DNA from: Rhynchopus sp. YZ270_cl-10
Taxonomy: Eukaryota
Length of the DNA stretch: 64,000 bases
Assembly (NCBI GenBank): GCA_964035575.1
Contig: OZ037834.1
Span: 868,001 to 932,000 of the forward strand
Direction of reading: 5' to 3'
The position numbers were made by a program, and so were the translations under genes. This document shows, one piece after another, positions 60,607-64,000 of the stretch (positions are counted from its first letter, which is position 1; each line of letters opens with the position of its first letter). The notes beneath the pieces were generated by a model that was not told the DNA's origin, ran no database searches, and was given only the letters and a program-made list of their open reading frames with translations.

Positions 60607-62921
60607 ATGTCCGACACCATGACTGATGGTGAGTGGCGCGACAAATTCACAAAGTTTTACTCGCTGCACCGCCCGAGTCTGATCGAGCGCATTCCACGTC
60701 TGCTGAGCAAGCACAAAGGCGAGGAGGCGGAGCTGCTGGAAAGCCTGCGCAGCAAATACGGCCAGCGGCCGTCACTGCCGTCCATCATCCCGACCGGGAA
60801 GGAGTCTGCAGGGAAGCGTTCGCTGAGCATTTCGTTTCAGGACCCTCCGGTCAGCTCAACCACCACGGCACCGGTGGTCCTGGAGGAAGAGAAGACGATA
60901 CCTGACATGGGCGAGTCGCCGAACACGCGACGCGCTTGGTCCGACCATACCAGCCAAGAGTCGCCAGTTGCCGCAGCACCGAGCCCGTCGTTTCCTCGGG
61001 AGACAACACTGAACAGCATGATCTACCAGCACCTGAAGAGCCTCGGGCTGACAGAGAGCAGCGAGGCCTTTAAGGAGCAGGAGCCGCTGTCGACGGACTC
61101 TGCCGTCACACAGATGCTGTCTGCGGTGCAGGGGTCGCCCTTGCAGAGACTGTTCTCGAAGAACGCGACGTCCGAGGCCATCATCGACCAGCTCCTGAAG
61201 GACACACCCATGCGGCTGACTGCGTCCGCACACCACTTCTTCGACCAGGACACCATGCACCACCTCATACAGATGGCGCTGCAGCCTATGTGGTCTACAC
61301 ACCAATGCAAGGTGCACCTCAAGAACGGATGTGGCCCTGTCAACATCGCACGGTGCGGTACACTGCGTGCAGCATCACTGAACCAACTCGTTGAACGCAT
61401 TTCAAAGGTGATCCACCAGCCGCAGACCCAGCGTTTGGTGCACGAAATCCAAATGGACGCCCAAGCGGTGCAGGCCTTCCTCCGCACCTACAAGCACTTC
61501 TGCGCGCCGCACACACTCTTAGCAAAGCTCTTTCAACGCTGGTTCGTCCCCATGGGGATTCCATTCACAGAGAGCTACTCAAACTACTTTATCATGATCC
61601 ACTGCGGCGGGTCTACTAAGAACTCTGCAAAGTTCTGGGAGGTGGTGAGTTTAAAGACACGTTTGAAGGTGTCGGGCATTTTGTTGGATTGGATCCGTGA
61701 GTTCCCCGAGGACTGGGACGAGCTCATGATACACGGCCTTGAGACCTTTATCGATGACAACTACTACACACCGGGGCCGGGTAACGCAAGCGTCTGCACG
61801 CAGTTCCTGCAGTACGCTGAGGCGCTGAAGGTCGCTCTTAAAGAGGTTGTCGAGACGCGGCAGGCAAAACCACCGCCACCTGACGTACCGGACATCGAAG
61901 ATGTAGATGTTGCCAGCCCCCTGACCTTCCTCTCGAAGGACCTCCCGTACACGGTGCTCGCGAAGCAGATCACCTCAGTGGACCACGACCTCATCAGACA
62001 GATCAATGTGCGTGAGTTGCTTGACTTCACAAAGAATGAAATGCATTTTTTGAATCTGCAGTCCAGTGGAGGAGGTGGAGGTGGTGGCAGTGGTGGCGGT
62101 GTGCCGCAGAGTGTAACGAACCCCTTCGTCCATATGCACCCAGGGTTCGGCAGTCTCAGTGCCTCGGGGAGTCAGTTCCCAAACCTGATGGACAGGAGTG
62201 CGGAGGGTGGAGGGCGGACGACGATTAACGTAGACGGAAAAGGTGGGTGGGCACGTGGCCTGTCGCAGTTCTTCCACCGCTCGCAGGAGTTGCAGAAGTG
62301 GGTGGTCGTCGAGCTGCTGACGACGGCGTGCGAGGGGGAGAGGGGACGCAAGATGGAAAAATTTGTCGAGCTGGCGTACAAGCTGCTTGAGTTGAACAAT
62401 CTTCAGGCCTGCCAGTCGCTTGTCTACGCTTTCAACCATCCAGGTCTGCAGCGGGCGATGAACTTCTTTGGCGCGACGGAAAGCGGCCAGGCATGTCTCG
62501 AGCGTGTGTCGCACCTTCAGCGTGTCTTCTGCGAGCCTGGCTGCACGACGCAGATCAAAAAGCTCATGACGGACATCCACCAGGAGGACCGTGAGGCGCA
62601 CCCCCCGATCCCGTGCCTCGGTGTGTGGGTCAGCGACCTGCAGCTCATTGAGGAGTCCGAGCCGACAGTGCTCCTGGACGAGGGGGTCGGACTCATACAC
62701 TGGCGCAAGTACCAGGCCGTGTCCACTATCTTCACACGGTTCGCGAATATTCAGAGTCTTGTGGTATGCTTTCCTGATTTTCCCTGGTTTAGGTTCCTAC
62801 CTTCCTTGACAATCGTCTTCTATTAACCACACACACACACACAGATTCCGCCGACATTTTACAAGATACACAGAATACAACGGTACCTGCACAACGCACT
62901 GGAACGCTGCAAACAGCTTGA
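60607..62921 (+). CDS. RasGEF (REM + CDC25-like) with LisH-like motif; exons 60607-62763 and 62845-62921; last exon uncertain (possibly ~63840-63918)
   Basis: LNSMIYQHLKSLGLTESSEAF (LisH-like); RAASLNQLVERI, FLRTYKHF, WIREFPEDW (REM); LAKQITSVD, LELNNLQA, PPIPCLGVWVSDL, GLIHWRKY (CDC25). Confidence 0.85.
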
Positions 62922-64000
62922 GTATGAGCTTTTTTTTTTTTCACAAGCAGGGTTTCCGCCAGGATTTGGGGTTTCAGAAATTGGGGTGTACCATAAAAAC
63001 GACTCCCAAAAAAATTTTTTTTCTCCCCGAAAAAGCGGTCGTCGCGCGCTTCGCGCGCGCCTCCCTGGCAGACACAGGTAGAGAGGCGAAGCGTGCGGGG
63101 GGTGCTACAAAAAATTTTTTTTGGGAAGGGTTGAAAGGCAGAAGGGAGGCGCGAGATACGCTCACTACCGGTTGAGGTTCACTTCCACTGGGCTGCAGAA
63201 GGGCGGTCTTTGGTAGTGGTTCGTTTGGAGGTCGGGGGTGGAAGCTTAACAAGGTAAGGAGTCTTGTGAGAGGGTGATGGTATTTGCTTTTTTCATTGCA
63301 TGGCGCTACAGTGATTACAGTGCTGCCGTTGCAACATGTAATAGAAAGTGAATGCATTCGTCGCTTGCACCGAAGCCTCCTTTTAAAAAAGGGGGCAATA
63401 CACAGAAGTGTCAATGAGAATATAGCAACATCAAATAGCCAGCAACACAGCGCCGCAAGCGCACGGTACGCTACTTTTTTTTCTTCCACTTCTTTTCTTC
63501 CTAGATTTTACCCCCCTTTTCTTCCACTTCTTTTGACACAGCGAGCCAAACGCTCTGCACGGTGGGGTCACATGACCACGGGGGGTCATCTACAACCTCT
63601 AAAACCCCATTTTTCTCGGGGTGTACTTTGGTACACCCCGAATCCCTGTAAAAATCTAAAATTTTCCGGGGGAAATATTGGGGTGTACCAAAGTACACCC
63701 CGGTACACCTTGGCGGAAACTCTGACAAGTGTTTTTTTTTCTCTTAGTCCTCAAAGAGGTTTCCTCTTCACGGCTAGGTAGTTAGTGGGAGCGATGTCAA
63801 CATTTACATAAACGGCACGTCCTGAAGGGAAACACGCAGGGCGGCACCCGCTTCTTTCCTTTCGTCGCTGGCGACGTCGGCTGCCCTGTATGCTCTTGGA
63901 AGGCTACCAAGCCCGTGACTCCCCACGCGGATGTCGAACCTCAAGGAGAAATATCCTCAAGACATCCTCGCGGACCGCCAAACAACGCCCCCTTCTTTTT

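Overview
Eukaryotic genomic DNA, most likely from a euglenozoan protist such as a diplonemid. This is inferred from all recognisable genes lying on the + strand, GT-AG introns with CA-rich 3' acceptors, and the gene families present. The left third holds CUB-domain surface-protein genes and a P-loop NTPase gene in a partly duplicated block. It also holds a (CCT)n microsatellite that has received repeated insertions from a tyrosine-recombinase (YR) retroelement family: one apparently intact element (gag, YR, RT/RNase H; split direct repeats A1...B1-A2-B2) and three ~300-bp solo repeat units of two subfamilies. A fourth solo unit lies in an intron at 54.2 kb. Positions ~14.6-31.3 kb are a nest of non-autonomous DNA transposons whose ends carry arrays of different palindromic microsatellites around a shared internal core. 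The right half is a unidirectional gene run: TMEM43-like, ubiquitin-like+LRR+CaaX, a coiled-coil protein, a degenerate nucleotide-cyclase-like protein, a ~2235-aa SLOG-SLATT-SLATT membrane protein, eIF2A and a LisH-RasGEF. The best candidates for novelty are the CTCC/(CCT)n-targeting YR retroelement (covarying junction-complementary structure, possible translational recoding) and the giant SLOG-2xSLATT protein. All domain calls come from recognising motifs by eye; no searches were run.
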